Source: Bacteroidota bacterium (GTDB lineage: Bacteria > Bacteroidota > Bacteroidia > Bacteroidales > JAIFNL01). From it: DNA of 64,000 bases. The stretch spans positions 3,618 through 67,617 of the forward strand of contig JAIFNL010000118.1 in the NCBI GenBank assembly GCA_020047755.1, written 5' to 3'. The stretch's first letter is position 1; the number at the start of each line of letters is the position of its first letter. The notes under the pieces are model-generated. The model did no database searches and had not been told where the DNA came from. It was given only the letters and a program-made list of their open reading frames with translations. The translations under genes were made by a program, and so were the position numbers. Shown here in pieces: positions 17,884 through 27,019 of the stretch.

Positions 17884-19521
17884 ATGACCTTAAAAATTTT
17901 TTCATTTTTCATTTTAATAGCCCTCATAACTATGTCGTGTGGTAAAGAAAAAGCCGATTTTATTATAATTGATGCGAAAATATATACTGTAAATCAGACT
18001 TTTGACATAGCTCAGAGCTTTGCCGTGAAAGATGGTAAAATAATAGGAGTTGGCTCAACCAAAGATATTGAAGCAAAATTTGAATCCGACAGCATAATTT
18101 CGATGAGTGGAAGATTTATATATCCCGGATTTATTGATGCGCACAGCCACTTTTATGGTTACGGAGCCATGGTGTTTCGCGAAGTAGATTTGACCGAAAC
18201 CCAATCGTATGAAGAAGTAATAGAGCGAATTAAAGAATTTGCTGCCAAAAACAAAACCCAATGGATAGAAGGAAGAGGCTGGGACCAAAACGATTGGCAA
18301 AATAAGGAATTTCCGACCAAAGAAAAACTCGATGAAGCATTTCCTGAAATACCGGTTTATTTAACTCGAATAGATGGGCACGCAGCTCTTGTAAATTCAA
18401 AAGCTTTGCAAATCGCTGGAATTGATGAATCTACAAAAATGGCTGGTGGCGAAGTTTTACTTAAAAATGGAAAACCGAATGGCATTTTGATAGATAATGC
18501 AATGAGTTTGGTGGTAAGTAAAATACCCAAATTTAACCACCAAGAAAATATAAAAGCACTTTTACTAGCTCAAGAAAATTGCTTCAAAGTTGGACTCACT
18601 GGCGTTTGCGATGCGGGTTTAGACAAAGACATGATTTTGCTGATTGATTCGATGCACAAAGCAGGTACTTTGAAAATGCCTATTTATGCAATGCTCAATC
18701 CTACCGATGAAAATTTTGATTATTTTGTAAAGAAAGGAATTTATAAAACCGATTATTTAACAGTTTCATCTATAAAACTTTATGCCGATGGAGCTTTAGG
18801 TTCGAGAGGTGCTAAATTGTTGAAGCCTTACACCGATAAAGAAAACTATTCCGGTATTTTGGTTGCACAACCTGAGTATTTCGATAAAATGGCTGAATTT
18901 GCTTACAAGTATAATTATCAATTAAATACACATTGTATTGGCGACTCGGCTGTGCGTTTGATTTTAAAAACTTATGCAAAATATTTGAAGGGAAAAAATG
19001 ATAGACGCTGGCGAATAGAACATGCTCAAATAGTTGATAAAGAAGATTTTGTGTTTTTTGGCGACTTTAGCATTATTCCTTCTATTCAAACAACACATGC
19101 TACTTCAGATATGTATTGGGCTGAAAAAAGGCTTGGAAATGAGCGAATTAAAAACGCTTATGCTTACAAACAACTTTTAGAGCAAAATGCTTGGCTGCCA
19201 AACGGAAGCGATTTTCCGATAGAAAAAATTGAACCTTTGCTTGGCTTTTATGCAGCAGTGAGCAGAAAAGATGTTAATTTATTTCCCGAAGGAGGATTTC
19301 AGTCCGAAAATGCACTTTCGAGAGTGCAAGCAATGAAAGCCATGACTATTTGGGCTGCAAAAGCTGCTTTTGAGGAAAATGAAAAAGGAAGCTTGGAAGT
19401 AGGCAAGTTTGCAAATTTTGTAGTTTGCGACAGGGATTTAATGGAAATGCCTGAAAACGAAATATTTAAAACTGAAATTTTGCAAACTTTTGTGCACGGC
19501 GAAAAAGTTTTTGCCAAATAA
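17884..19521 (+). CDS. Amidohydrolase family 3 (YtcJ-like metal-dependent hydrolase), lipoprotein signal
   Basis: The ORF-track entry starts at TTG 17875, and ATG 17884 (MTLKIFSFFILIALITMSCGK) is the more likely start. Motifs: PGFIDAHSHF (HxH), TRIDGHA, HCIGD, EHAQ and GSDFP. Confidence 0.85.
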   Translation: MTLKIFSFFILIALITMSCGKEKADFIIIDAKIYTVNQTFDIAQSFAVKDGKIIGVGSTKDIEAKFESDSIISMSGRFIYPGFIDAHSHFYGYGAMVFREVDLTETQSYEEVIERIKEFAAKNKTQWIEGRGWDQNDWQNKEFPTKEKLDEAFPEIPVYLTRIDGHAALVNSKALQIAGIDESTKMAGGEVLLKNGKPNGILIDNAMSLVVSKIPKFNHQENIKALLLAQENCFKVGLTGVCDAGLDKDMILLIDSMHKAGTLKMPIYAMLNPTDENFDYFVKKGIYKTDYLTVSSIKLYADGALGSRGAKLLKPYTDKENYSGILVAQPEYFDKMAEFAYKYNYQLNTHCIGDSAVRLILKTYAKYLKGKNDRRWRIEHAQIVDKEDFVFFGDFSIIPSIQTTHATSDMYWAEKRLGNERIKNAYAYKQLLEQNAWLPNGSDFPIEKIEPLLGFYAAVSRKDVNLFPEGGFQSENALSRVQAMKAMTIWAAKAAFEENEKGSLEVGKFANFVVCDRDLMEMPENEIFKTEILQTFVHGEKVFAK

Positions 19522-19800
19522 ATTAAAAAATATAGATTATTCTTTTATCTGAAAATTAAATTAACTATCTTAGCTTTTTAATTTTTCTATCCTTAATGAC
19601 GCAAAATAACAGAATAAACCAAGTTATTTTATTGATATTGAGATAAATAGATATGAAAGTAAAATCAAAAAACAGTTTGTTTTGTACAACAAATTGTTTG
19701 GAAGTATTTATTGGGAGGTTGTTTTTTTGAATTAAAAAAAAGTTTTTTTAGAATCCCCAAATATAGGTTTAGGTAATAAACATCAATAACTTTTTTTAAT

Positions 19801-22134
19801 ATGAGTTTAATTTCAAGATATAAAAATATTAAGTTAGAAAGCAAATTGCTTATTAATTTAGTTGTAATTTTAGTTACCTTCCTTTTAATTATAGGTATAA
19901 CTTATTTTTATTTGAGCAAAACTTTTCGCTATATTAATGAAGGTGAGCAATTTATAGAAGACTATACCTTACTAAACAAGAATATACATAATTACTACCA
20001 AATACAAAATTATATTTCAGAATCGATTATTTCACTTGCTGTTAATGAAAAGAAATGGCGCGAAATGCAAGAACCTGCAAATACTAGTTTAGCCGCTTTG
20101 AAAGCTTACATTCATACAAAATCAGATTCGATTAATTACGAAATAGCTAGAAAAAACTTTAATGCCATTGTTGATTTATACATTAACGAAATTATTCCCA
20201 ATATTGCTACTGCTCAATCGATTATTGCCGATACTACTTATACCGATTTTTCGATAAATAAAAAACTTTCCGATTTGTTGAATGAATCTAATGTGCATTT
20301 TGATAAAATTAACGCTAGTTTTTCTCTTATCAAAGAAAGTTCATTGTTAAGAATATCAGCTTCTTATGAAAATGTAAACACAAATAAAAACATTGTTTTT
20401 TTAGTTCTTTTTATTTCTATTTTCCCATTGATTTTATTTTTATTGTTCTTTTTCTATGTTTTTAAAAATATTATTATTATTGAAATTCAAAAAATAATAG
20501 ACATTTTGGGCAGCGTAGCCAAAGGAGATGTTTTGCAGCAAATAGAAGTTAGCTCGCACGATGAAATAGGAGCATTTAAAAAAACACTCAATTCTCTCTT
20601 GCAAGGTTTAACTAAAATTACAGTTTTTGCCAAAGAAATTGAAAATGGTAATTTTGATTCTCATTTTGAGCCTAGAAGCCAAAAAGATGAACTTGGAATT
20701 GCCCTACTAGATATGCGAAAGAGCCTTAAAGATTCAAAACTAAAGGAAATAGAGAATCAAAAAGAAGACGAAAAAAGAAATTGGACAGCGAATGAAATTT
20801 CAAAATATAGCGATATTTTGCGCAAAAACAATAACGATTTATCGAAATTAGCCGATGATATTATTTTGAATTTGATTAATACACTTGGCGCAAATCAAGG
20901 CGGTATTTTTATTGTGAATGATGAAAATAAGTATAATGTAACTATCGAATTAATAGCATCTTATGCTTATGATAGGAAAAAATACTATACCAAAATAATT
21001 AAAATGGGAGAAGGCTTAGTTGGAACTTGTGCCATCGAAAAAGAAACTGTTTATTTAAAAGAAATACCCGAAGATTATATTGAAATTATTTCAGGACTTG
21101 GAAATTCAAATCCGCGCAATTTGATTTTAGTGCCTTTGAAGTTGGAGGATAAAATATTAGGAGTAGTTGAAATTGCATCGTTTTATGAATTTGGTGATTA
21201 TAAAATTGCTTTTTTGGAAAAAGTAGCCGAAAATATTGCAGCAACTTTGGCAACAGCCAAAATCAATGCAAAAACCGCTTTACTTTTAGTTCAATCGCAG
21301 CAGCAAGCCGAAGAATTAGCTTCGCAAGAAGAAGAAATGCGGCAAAACATGGAAGAACTTCAAGCCACACAAGAAGAAGCTGCAAGACAAGCGGTTGAAC
21401 TCAAAGGTGTGTTTGATGCAATTAATGAAAATACGGGTACCATTCAGTTTTCGCCCGATGGAACTATTTTAGATGCTAATGATTACATTTTAAGGCTGTT
21501 GCGACTAAAAATGACAATGGTTGCTAAAAAACATCATAGCACAATTCTTGCTGCAGAGGAAAGAGATAGTGATGAGTTTTATGAATTTTGGCAAGACATA
21601 AGAGCCGGCGAAACTAAATTTATAACGCGTCGTTATTTTGTTGCCCAGCAAGAGCTTTGGTTGCACGAAATTTTTAAACCACTTTACGACAATGGCGGCA
21701 AGCTTTACAAAGTACTTGCAATGTATTCTAATATAACAGATTCGGAAGTTCAAAAACGAAAAATGGAAGAGCAATCAGTTGAACTATTGGAATATCAAGA
21801 AAAAATGCGAATAAATCAAGAGGAGCTTAAAAAAACAAATGATATGCTCGAAACAAAGAGCGAAATTTTGAAAAAAGCACTTGAAAAATCTAAACTTGTG
21901 GAAAAAGAATTGAACGACCAAAATAAATTGATGCTCGAACAAGAAGATATAATGAAAGAAAGCCTTGAAAGCTTGGCACTTGCACATGAAGAAATGGGCG
22001 CAGAGCGCGAACAACTTCAGTCTCAAATCGCTACTTTACAAGCTGAAAAAGAAAACTTAGTTTTGCAAATGACTCAAACTTTGGAAGAGCAAAAACAATT
22101 GAATGCTAAAATTGACGAACTTAAAAACAAATAG
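19801..22134 (+). CDS. Membrane sensor without an enzymatic output: N-terminal sensor - TM - HAMP - GAF - coiled coil - PAS - long coiled coil
   Basis: 777 aa. HAMP-like segment DEIGAFKKTLNSLLQGL. GAF core LVGTCAIEKETVYLKEIPEDYIEIISGLGNSNPRNLILVPLKLEDKILGVVEIASF. Signalling helix SQEEEMRQNMEELQATQEEA, then PAS-like GTIQFSPDGTILDANDY. The last 130 aa or so are heptad-rich, and I found no kinase, cyclase or phosphatase motifs. Confidence 0.85.
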   Translation: MSLISRYKNIKLESKLLINLVVILVTFLLIIGITYFYLSKTFRYINEGEQFIEDYTLLNKNIHNYYQIQNYISESIISLAVNEKKWREMQEPANTSLAALKAYIHTKSDSINYEIARKNFNAIVDLYINEIIPNIATAQSIIADTTYTDFSINKKLSDLLNESNVHFDKINASFSLIKESSLLRISASYENVNTNKNIVFLVLFISIFPLILFLLFFFYVFKNIIIIEIQKIIDILGSVAKGDVLQQIEVSSHDEIGAFKKTLNSLLQGLTKITVFAKEIENGNFDSHFEPRSQKDELGIALLDMRKSLKDSKLKEIENQKEDEKRNWTANEISKYSDILRKNNNDLSKLADDIILNLINTLGANQGGIFIVNDENKYNVTIELIASYAYDRKKYYTKIIKMGEGLVGTCAIEKETVYLKEIPEDYIEIISGLGNSNPRNLILVPLKLEDKILGVVEIASFYEFGDYKIAFLEKVAENIAATLATAKINAKTALLLVQSQQQAEELASQEEEMRQNMEELQATQEEAARQAVELKGVFDAINENTGTIQFSPDGTILDANDYILRLLRLKMTMVAKKHHSTILAAEERDSDEFYEFWQDIRAGETKFITRRYFVAQQELWLHEIFKPLYDNGGKLYKVLAMYSNITDSEVQKRKMEEQSVELLEYQEKMRINQEELKKTNDMLETKSEILKKALEKSKLVEKELNDQNKLMLEQEDIMKESLESLALAHEEMGAEREQLQSQIATLQAEKENLVLQMTQTLEEQKQLNAKIDELKNK

Positions 22135-22140
22135 GAGCTA

Positions 22141-22177
22141 AAAAAACCTTTTTCGTAAAAAGAAAAAGGTTTTTTTA
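22141..22177. terminator. Bidirectional intrinsic terminator between the GAF sensor gene and the ferredoxin gene
   Basis: acctttttc (22146-22154) pairs with gaaaaaggt (22162-22170), flanked by an A-run and a T-run. Confidence 0.7.
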
Positions 22178-22196
22178 TTTTGTTTGCATCTAAAAA

Positions 22197-22364
22197 CTAT
22201 GCTGGAGAAATAGCTTCTACCGGACAAACATCAGCGCAAGCACCACAGTCTGTACATAATTCAGGATCAATTTTATAGATATCACCTTCAGAAATAGCCT
22301 CAACTGGGCATTCGTCAATGCATGAACCGCAAGCAGTGCAGTCGTCAGAAATAAAATATGCCAT
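22197..22364 (-). CDS. fdx: 2x[4Fe-4S] ferredoxin (55 aa), below the ORF-track length cutoff
   Basis: Hand translation of the minus strand gives MAYFISDDCTACGSCIDECPVEAISEGDIYKIDPELCTDCGACADVCPVEAISPA*. It contains two CxxCxxCxxxCP motifs and spans 168 nt including the TAG stop. Confidence 0.88.
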   Translation of the reverse strand: MAYFISDDCTACGSCIDECPVEAISEGDIYKIDPELCTDCGACADVCPVEAISPA

Positions 22365-22583
22365 TTTTATAAATTTTTAAATTGTTAGTTTATTTTAAAA
22401 TTACGATACGAAAGTAACAATATTTTGCTCAATAAAAAAATTGTTTTGCCTTTTGGTATTGCTATTTTTCATGTATTTTAAAATTGTTTTGTGGCAAATT
22501 GTTATAAATCAGCAAATAAAAAAAAGATTATTTTTTTGCCCAACTGCTTATTTAGAATATATCTAATTATTTTTTTTACTTTG

Positions 22584-23846
22584 TCAGAGGCGCAAACCCA
22601 TAAACAAAATATCATCAATTTGTTCATATTCACCTTTCCATTGTTCTAAAAACTTGAGCAGGTTTTGTTTTTGTTGTTCCAAAGGCAATAAATGAATTTC
22701 GAGCAAAAGCTCTTTGAATCGTTTTGTTCCTAGTTTCTTACAATCTTCTCCACCAAATTGGTCGGCATATCCATCTGAAAATAAGTATATTATGTCGCCT
22801 TTATTTATTTGCATTTTGTAATTTTTGAAATCTTTTGAAGTTTGCAAATAGCCACCAATGGGGTGAATGCTGCCCCTGAATTGCTCCAAAGTGCCGTTGC
22901 TTATTTTGTAAATTGGTCTGCATGCGCCTGCAAAGGTCAATTCGCTCGAATCGAAGTCGATAAGGCAAATTCCAATATCCATTCCATCGTTTGAAACAGC
23001 TTGATTTTCACGCGATTTGAGAAAATTGATAAAAGCAACATCTAATTCATACAAAATTTCTTTTGGGTCGGCGCAATTGTCGCTTACAATTATTTTATTT
23101 ACTAAGCTTGTGCCCAAAACCGATAGAAGTGCACCCGGAACGCCATGCCCTGTGCAATCGGCTACAATCAAAATGGCTTGATTTTTAGATTGAAGCTTGT
23201 GAAAAAAATAAAAATCGCCACTAATTATATCCTTGGCTTTGTTGATAATAAATGATGCTTCAAAATTATCTTCGAGCTGGTGTGCCGATGTTAATAACGA
23301 AGTTTGTATCAATTTTGCGTAATCGAGGCTCGATGTTAAATCGTTGTTTTTTTCTTCGATTACCTTTTTTTGCTGTTGCAAAACTTCATTTAAGCGCAGT
23401 AATTCCTCGTTGAGTTTTAAAAGCTGATGGTTGTAAAGTTCTATTTCGGCTTTTTTTTCTTTTAACTCTATGTGGGTATTGGCACGTGTGAGCAATTCCT
23501 CTGGATTGAAGGGTTTGGTTACATAGTCTTGACCTCCAACCTTAAAGGCTTTTAATAAGTGTTGGGTATTGCTGTAGGCTGTTAAAAAAATAATGGGAAT
23601 ATCCTTGGTTTCGTCGCTTGATTTGAGGATTCTACAAAGCTCGTAGCCATCCATTTCGGGCATCGAAATGTCTAAAAAGATTAAATCGGGCTGTTTTTTA
23701 TTTATCTCTTCAATAGCTTCTAACCCATTGGTAGCAAAGCGAGTACCGTATCCATTTAGCTGTAAAATATTTCCTAGCAAATCTAAGTTTGATGAAATAT
23801 CATCAACCACTAAAATGTCTTTTTTTTGATTGTTTTTATTGAACAT
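22584..23846 (-). CDS. Response-regulator receiver domain fused to a SpoIIE/PP2C serine phosphatase
   Basis: 420 aa. REC motifs: ILVVDDISSNL, DLIFLDISMPEMDGYE and QDYVTKPF. A coiled coil follows. PP2C motifs: SGDFYFF, DCTGHGVPGA, NDGMDIGI, SDGYADQFGG and QIDDILFMGLRL. Confidence 0.9.
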   Translation of the reverse strand: MFNKNNQKKDILVVDDISSNLDLLGNILQLNGYGTRFATNGLEAIEEINKKQPDLIFLDISMPEMDGYELCRILKSSDETKDIPIIFLTAYSNTQHLLKAFKVGGQDYVTKPFNPEELLTRANTHIELKEKKAEIELYNHQLLKLNEELLRLNEVLQQQKKVIEEKNNDLTSSLDYAKLIQTSLLTSAHQLEDNFEASFIINKAKDIISGDFYFFHKLQSKNQAILIVADCTGHGVPGALLSVLGTSLVNKIIVSDNCADPKEILYELDVAFINFLKSRENQAVSNDGMDIGICLIDFDSSELTFAGACRPIYKISNGTLEQFRGSIHPIGGYLQTSKDFKNYKMQINKGDIIYLFSDGYADQFGGEDCKKLGTKRFKELLLEIHLLPLEQQKQNLLKFLEQWKGEYEQIDDILFMGLRL

Positions 23847-24337
23847 TTTGCTGTTTTTTTTAAGCTAATTTTCAATAAAAATAGAAAAAAGAATTTATTT
23901 AAACAAAATTTTTTTTAAAATCCACAAAAAAAACAAGAAATACCCTTAATCTAAAAAGAAGAGGCGTAAATGCTTTCTAAAAATAGAAACAAATAAATTT
24001 TTTATCCGAAATTTTTATTCTTATTATCTAAAAAAAGCTATTTTTAGTTTTTTTTTATCGTCCGTTTCGCTAGGTTTGCTTTTATTTGCTATCTAAAAAT
24101 GATTATAAATGAATTATTTATTTTAATTACAAATTTGTTTGAATAAAGTAATTTGCTATTTTTATTATTTTGTTTGGAATTGACAAAAAAAAGTAACATC
24201 TTGTAGTATATTTCTAAGGTTTTATTTCAAAACACAACTTAGTATTTTTTTTGATTTTTAATAAACTTATTTTAGTACTTACATATTGAATAATTAGTTT
24301 TAACGTTATTTAATGTATAATTCAAAACTATTACGAC

Positions 24338-25345
24338 ATGAAAAGAGTTATTTTTTTTACATTTACTTTTTTATTCTGCTTTTTTCTGATATTTAGAGCA
24401 GAAGCTCAATATAAACAGAAACTTTCGGGCATTAAAAAAGAGCTATCGGCAGCGCAGTTAAAGGAACTTGACAGAGCCGACAATTTTATCGTATCGGGTG
24501 ATGTTTTTTTGCAAGAAGTTAAAGCTCTTGAATTAGAGGTTTTTAACTTAAAGCAAGACATGAAAACTCAATCGAAAAAAGATAAAAGAGAATCAGAAAA
24601 AAGAATTGCGGAATTAGAACATGAAGGGCTTGTTAAATTAATTGATGCTACCAAAACGGCTGATAAGGGATATAATATTAGTTCTGATGTTTTTAAGCAA
24701 AAAATAGAAGAGTTGCAAAAATCATCTAACGATGTTGAAAGCAATAAGGCTTCAAGAAAAGCACTTTATGATGCTAGTTTAAAGCTTAATGAGTCGAAGG
24801 ATATTGTTAATAAACTGACTGATAGAGATACTTACGAGTATATTTCAAAACAGGTAAAAACTGCAAACGCTTTAAAACATGAGGCTATTGACTTATTACT
24901 CGATGGAGTTTGCTTGTACGTGGATTGTAATGTGGAAGAAAATGTAGTTGATAACAATTATGGAAATTACGATAATACCGCAAATTCTAATAATTCAGGC
25001 AACAATAATTCTGGAAATAATAATTCGGTAAATTCAAATTCTGGAAATAACAATTCTGGAAATAATAATTCGGTAAACAATCGTTCGTATATTTATTTTA
25101 CGGTTCAAATTATTGCAGTTAAAAACGCTTTGCCAAATATAAAAGTGGATAATTTGTACAAAGGAAATAAAAATGTAACGGCTTCTTACCACGATGGTTT
25201 GTGGAAATATATGGTAGGGCGTTTTGATAATTATGACGAAGCACGCTCGTTGCAAGATGGAATTGGACGAGATTCGTTTGTTGTTGCATTCAAAGATGGC
25301 GAACGAATTAATATTGTGGACGCTATAAACCAAACAAAACAGTAG
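24338..25345 (+). CDS. Secreted coiled-coil protein with an Asn/Ser/Gly-rich linker and a C-terminal SPOR (peptidoglycan-binding) domain
   Basis: 335 aa. It has a signal peptide, a charged helical region and the NSGNNNSGNNNSVNSNSGNNNSGNNNSVNN linker. The C-terminal YFTVQIIAVKNALP...WKYMVGRFDNYDEARSLQDGIG...FVVAFKDGERI is SPOR-like. Confidence 0.75.
   Translation: MKRVIFFTFTFLFCFFLIFRAEAQYKQKLSGIKKELSAAQLKELDRADNFIVSGDVFLQEVKALELEVFNLKQDMKTQSKKDKRESEKRIAELEHEGLVKLIDATKTADKGYNISSDVFKQKIEELQKSSNDVESNKASRKALYDASLKLNESKDIVNKLTDRDTYEYISKQVKTANALKHEAIDLLLDGVCLYVDCNVEENVVDNNYGNYDNTANSNNSGNNNSGNNNSVNSNSGNNNSGNNNSVNNRSYIYFTVQIIAVKNALPNIKVDNLYKGNKNVTASYHDGLWKYMVGRFDNYDEARSLQDGIGRDSFVVAFKDGERINIVDAINQTKQ
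24984..25082 (+). repeat. Coding tandem repeat (45-nt period) encoding the N/S/G-rich linker
   Basis: aattctggaaataataattcggtaaa occurs at 25007-25032 and again at 25052-25077, embedded in aat/tct/gga-rich sequence. Confidence 0.85.
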
Positions 25346-25395
25346 TGCTTTGTTTGGTTTTAGTTGCTGGATTTTCGTTCAAACTTATAATATTT

Positions 25396-25430
25396 AAAAA
25401 GCTGCAAACTAATGGTTTGCAGCTTTTTTT
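25396..25430. terminator. Bidirectional intrinsic terminator between the SPOR gene and the ATPase gene
   Basis: aaaaagctgcaaac (25396-25409) pairs with gtttgcagcttttt (25415-25428) around loop taatg. Confidence 0.8.
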
Positions 25431-25451
25431 TATTTTTAAAATTGTTCGCTT

Positions 25452-26633
25452 TTATACCTCGTTACTTTCTGAGTGAATTTTGAGCTTCACAAATGCTTTC
25501 ATTAATGGGTTTTTGAATGTATATTTTTGTTCTCCTACTTTTTCAGCTTTTACAAGAATTTCGCCCCTTTCTTCTTTGCAGAGCATTCCCAAATTGTAAT
25601 TAATTGTTTCAGGCTTGTTTTCGCTGGAAGTCAGCTTATTATAAATTTGAATCACATCTTCAGAGCTAAAAAGCCTGTCGTTATTTTCAATTAGCGAGCA
25701 AGCATAAATAACATCTTCAAATTGATTTTTTTTGCGACTATTCGATTTTACTGCCAATTGGTAAGCTGTTTTTATACTTTGATTTGAATTGTTAATGCTC
25801 TCATCTACAGCCCAATTCAAATGTTCGTGTTTGATGGTATTTCTACCTTCGGTTATCGCCATTTGGCTTGAATACTTGCAAAGCAAATGCACATAATGCG
25901 GAAAGCCAGAGGCATATTCCACAATTCTATCTGCTACGTCTTTCTCTATTTTCAAACCCACAAGTGGCAAATTATTGTCGATTATTTGATACGATTCGTC
26001 GGCACTCATCAGCGGCATGTGAATTTGTTTTATGCACCTTTCGAGCGATAAGTGATGCCCCAAAAGTTCATCTACACTGTCGGCAATGCCAATAATCATT
26101 ACGGTTATGTTAAAAATATTGTCCGAAAGCGATTTTAGAGTATCCGCCATTTTTATTTTTGTTTTCTCGTCGGAGATGCTATCAAATTCATCAAAAACAA
26201 TGAGCATCGTATTGTACACGTCAGAAAGCACCGATTCTATGTCGTGAGCTGTAATATCTTCTTTTTCAGGTAGATAAAGCCTTATTACTTGGTCTTTTAC
26301 ACTTGCGTTAAAGCCTACATTGCGCTCGCTAATTATAAATTTTGTTTTGCTAAAAGCTCTGTCCCAGATACTTCTAAAATCGTCGTTTCTATTACAAGTT
26401 ACTTTTACGGTACTTACATTTTTGAATAAATCGCGCACTACATTGGCAAGCGAAGTTTTGCCAACTCCTCTTGTTCCAAAAGTTACAATGTGTTGTCCAC
26501 GCTCTTCGATTGCTTCTTTTACTTTGGTTATTTGCTCTATTCTACCCACAAAAAGGCTGATACTTTCAATAGGAGCAGATGGGCTAAATATCTCATTTAC
26601 AGCAATAAGTCTTTCTTCTATTTGTTTTGACAT
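25452..26633 (-). CDS. Stand-alone P-loop NTPase (ORC/Cdc6-like or AAA_22-like ATPase with a probable C-terminal winged helix)
   Basis: 393 aa. Walker A is FGTRGVGKTSLA and Walker B is MLIVFDEFD. The helical lid and C-terminal domain are unassigned, and the family placement is by eye only. Confidence 0.75.
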   Translation of the reverse strand: MSKQIEERLIAVNEIFSPSAPIESISLFVGRIEQITKVKEAIEERGQHIVTFGTRGVGKTSLANVVRDLFKNVSTVKVTCNRNDDFRSIWDRAFSKTKFIISERNVGFNASVKDQVIRLYLPEKEDITAHDIESVLSDVYNTMLIVFDEFDSISDEKTKIKMADTLKSLSDNIFNITVMIIGIADSVDELLGHHLSLERCIKQIHMPLMSADESYQIIDNNLPLVGLKIEKDVADRIVEYASGFPHYVHLLCKYSSQMAITEGRNTIKHEHLNWAVDESINNSNQSIKTAYQLAVKSNSRKKNQFEDVIYACSLIENNDRLFSSEDVIQIYNKLTSSENKPETINYNLGMLCKEERGEILVKAEKVGEQKYTFKNPLMKAFVKLKIHSESNEV

Positions 26634-27019
26634 AGAAATAATATTTAACGTTTTTGATAAGGTAACTTGATAGCAACCGAAATTCTAATAATAAATTGTT
26701 CTATTTTTCAATTGTTTAATTGTTATTTTATTACAAAAAAATGAAAATTTTGTGATTTTAGCAAACTTTTTGAAAAAGTCATCTGTTTGTTACATTGCCA
26801 ATGTTTTTCTATTAAAATAAGACTGTGTTCAAAATGTTTTTTCATTTATAATACATGCAACTATTTGTTTTTTAGCTAATTATTACTAAAAAAACGGGGT
26901 CAGCTTTTTATAAATACGCAATTCTCTTTTTTTTAACAAATAAACGTTTTTTTTCTTTTTTTTGCAAATAAAAATGAAGTTTTTTTAGCTTTATTTTTAT
27001 TTCAATTCTATTTTGGTTT

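Noticed and set aside
12999-23846. Canonical partner-switching cassette (STAS anti-anti-sigma plus RsbW-type kinase) next to the PP2C genes
   Set aside because: I scanned both strands around all three PP2C genes, including sub-60-aa frames in the spacers. No STAS or GHKL mini-kinase ORF was found. The absence is reported as a finding rather than as a feature.
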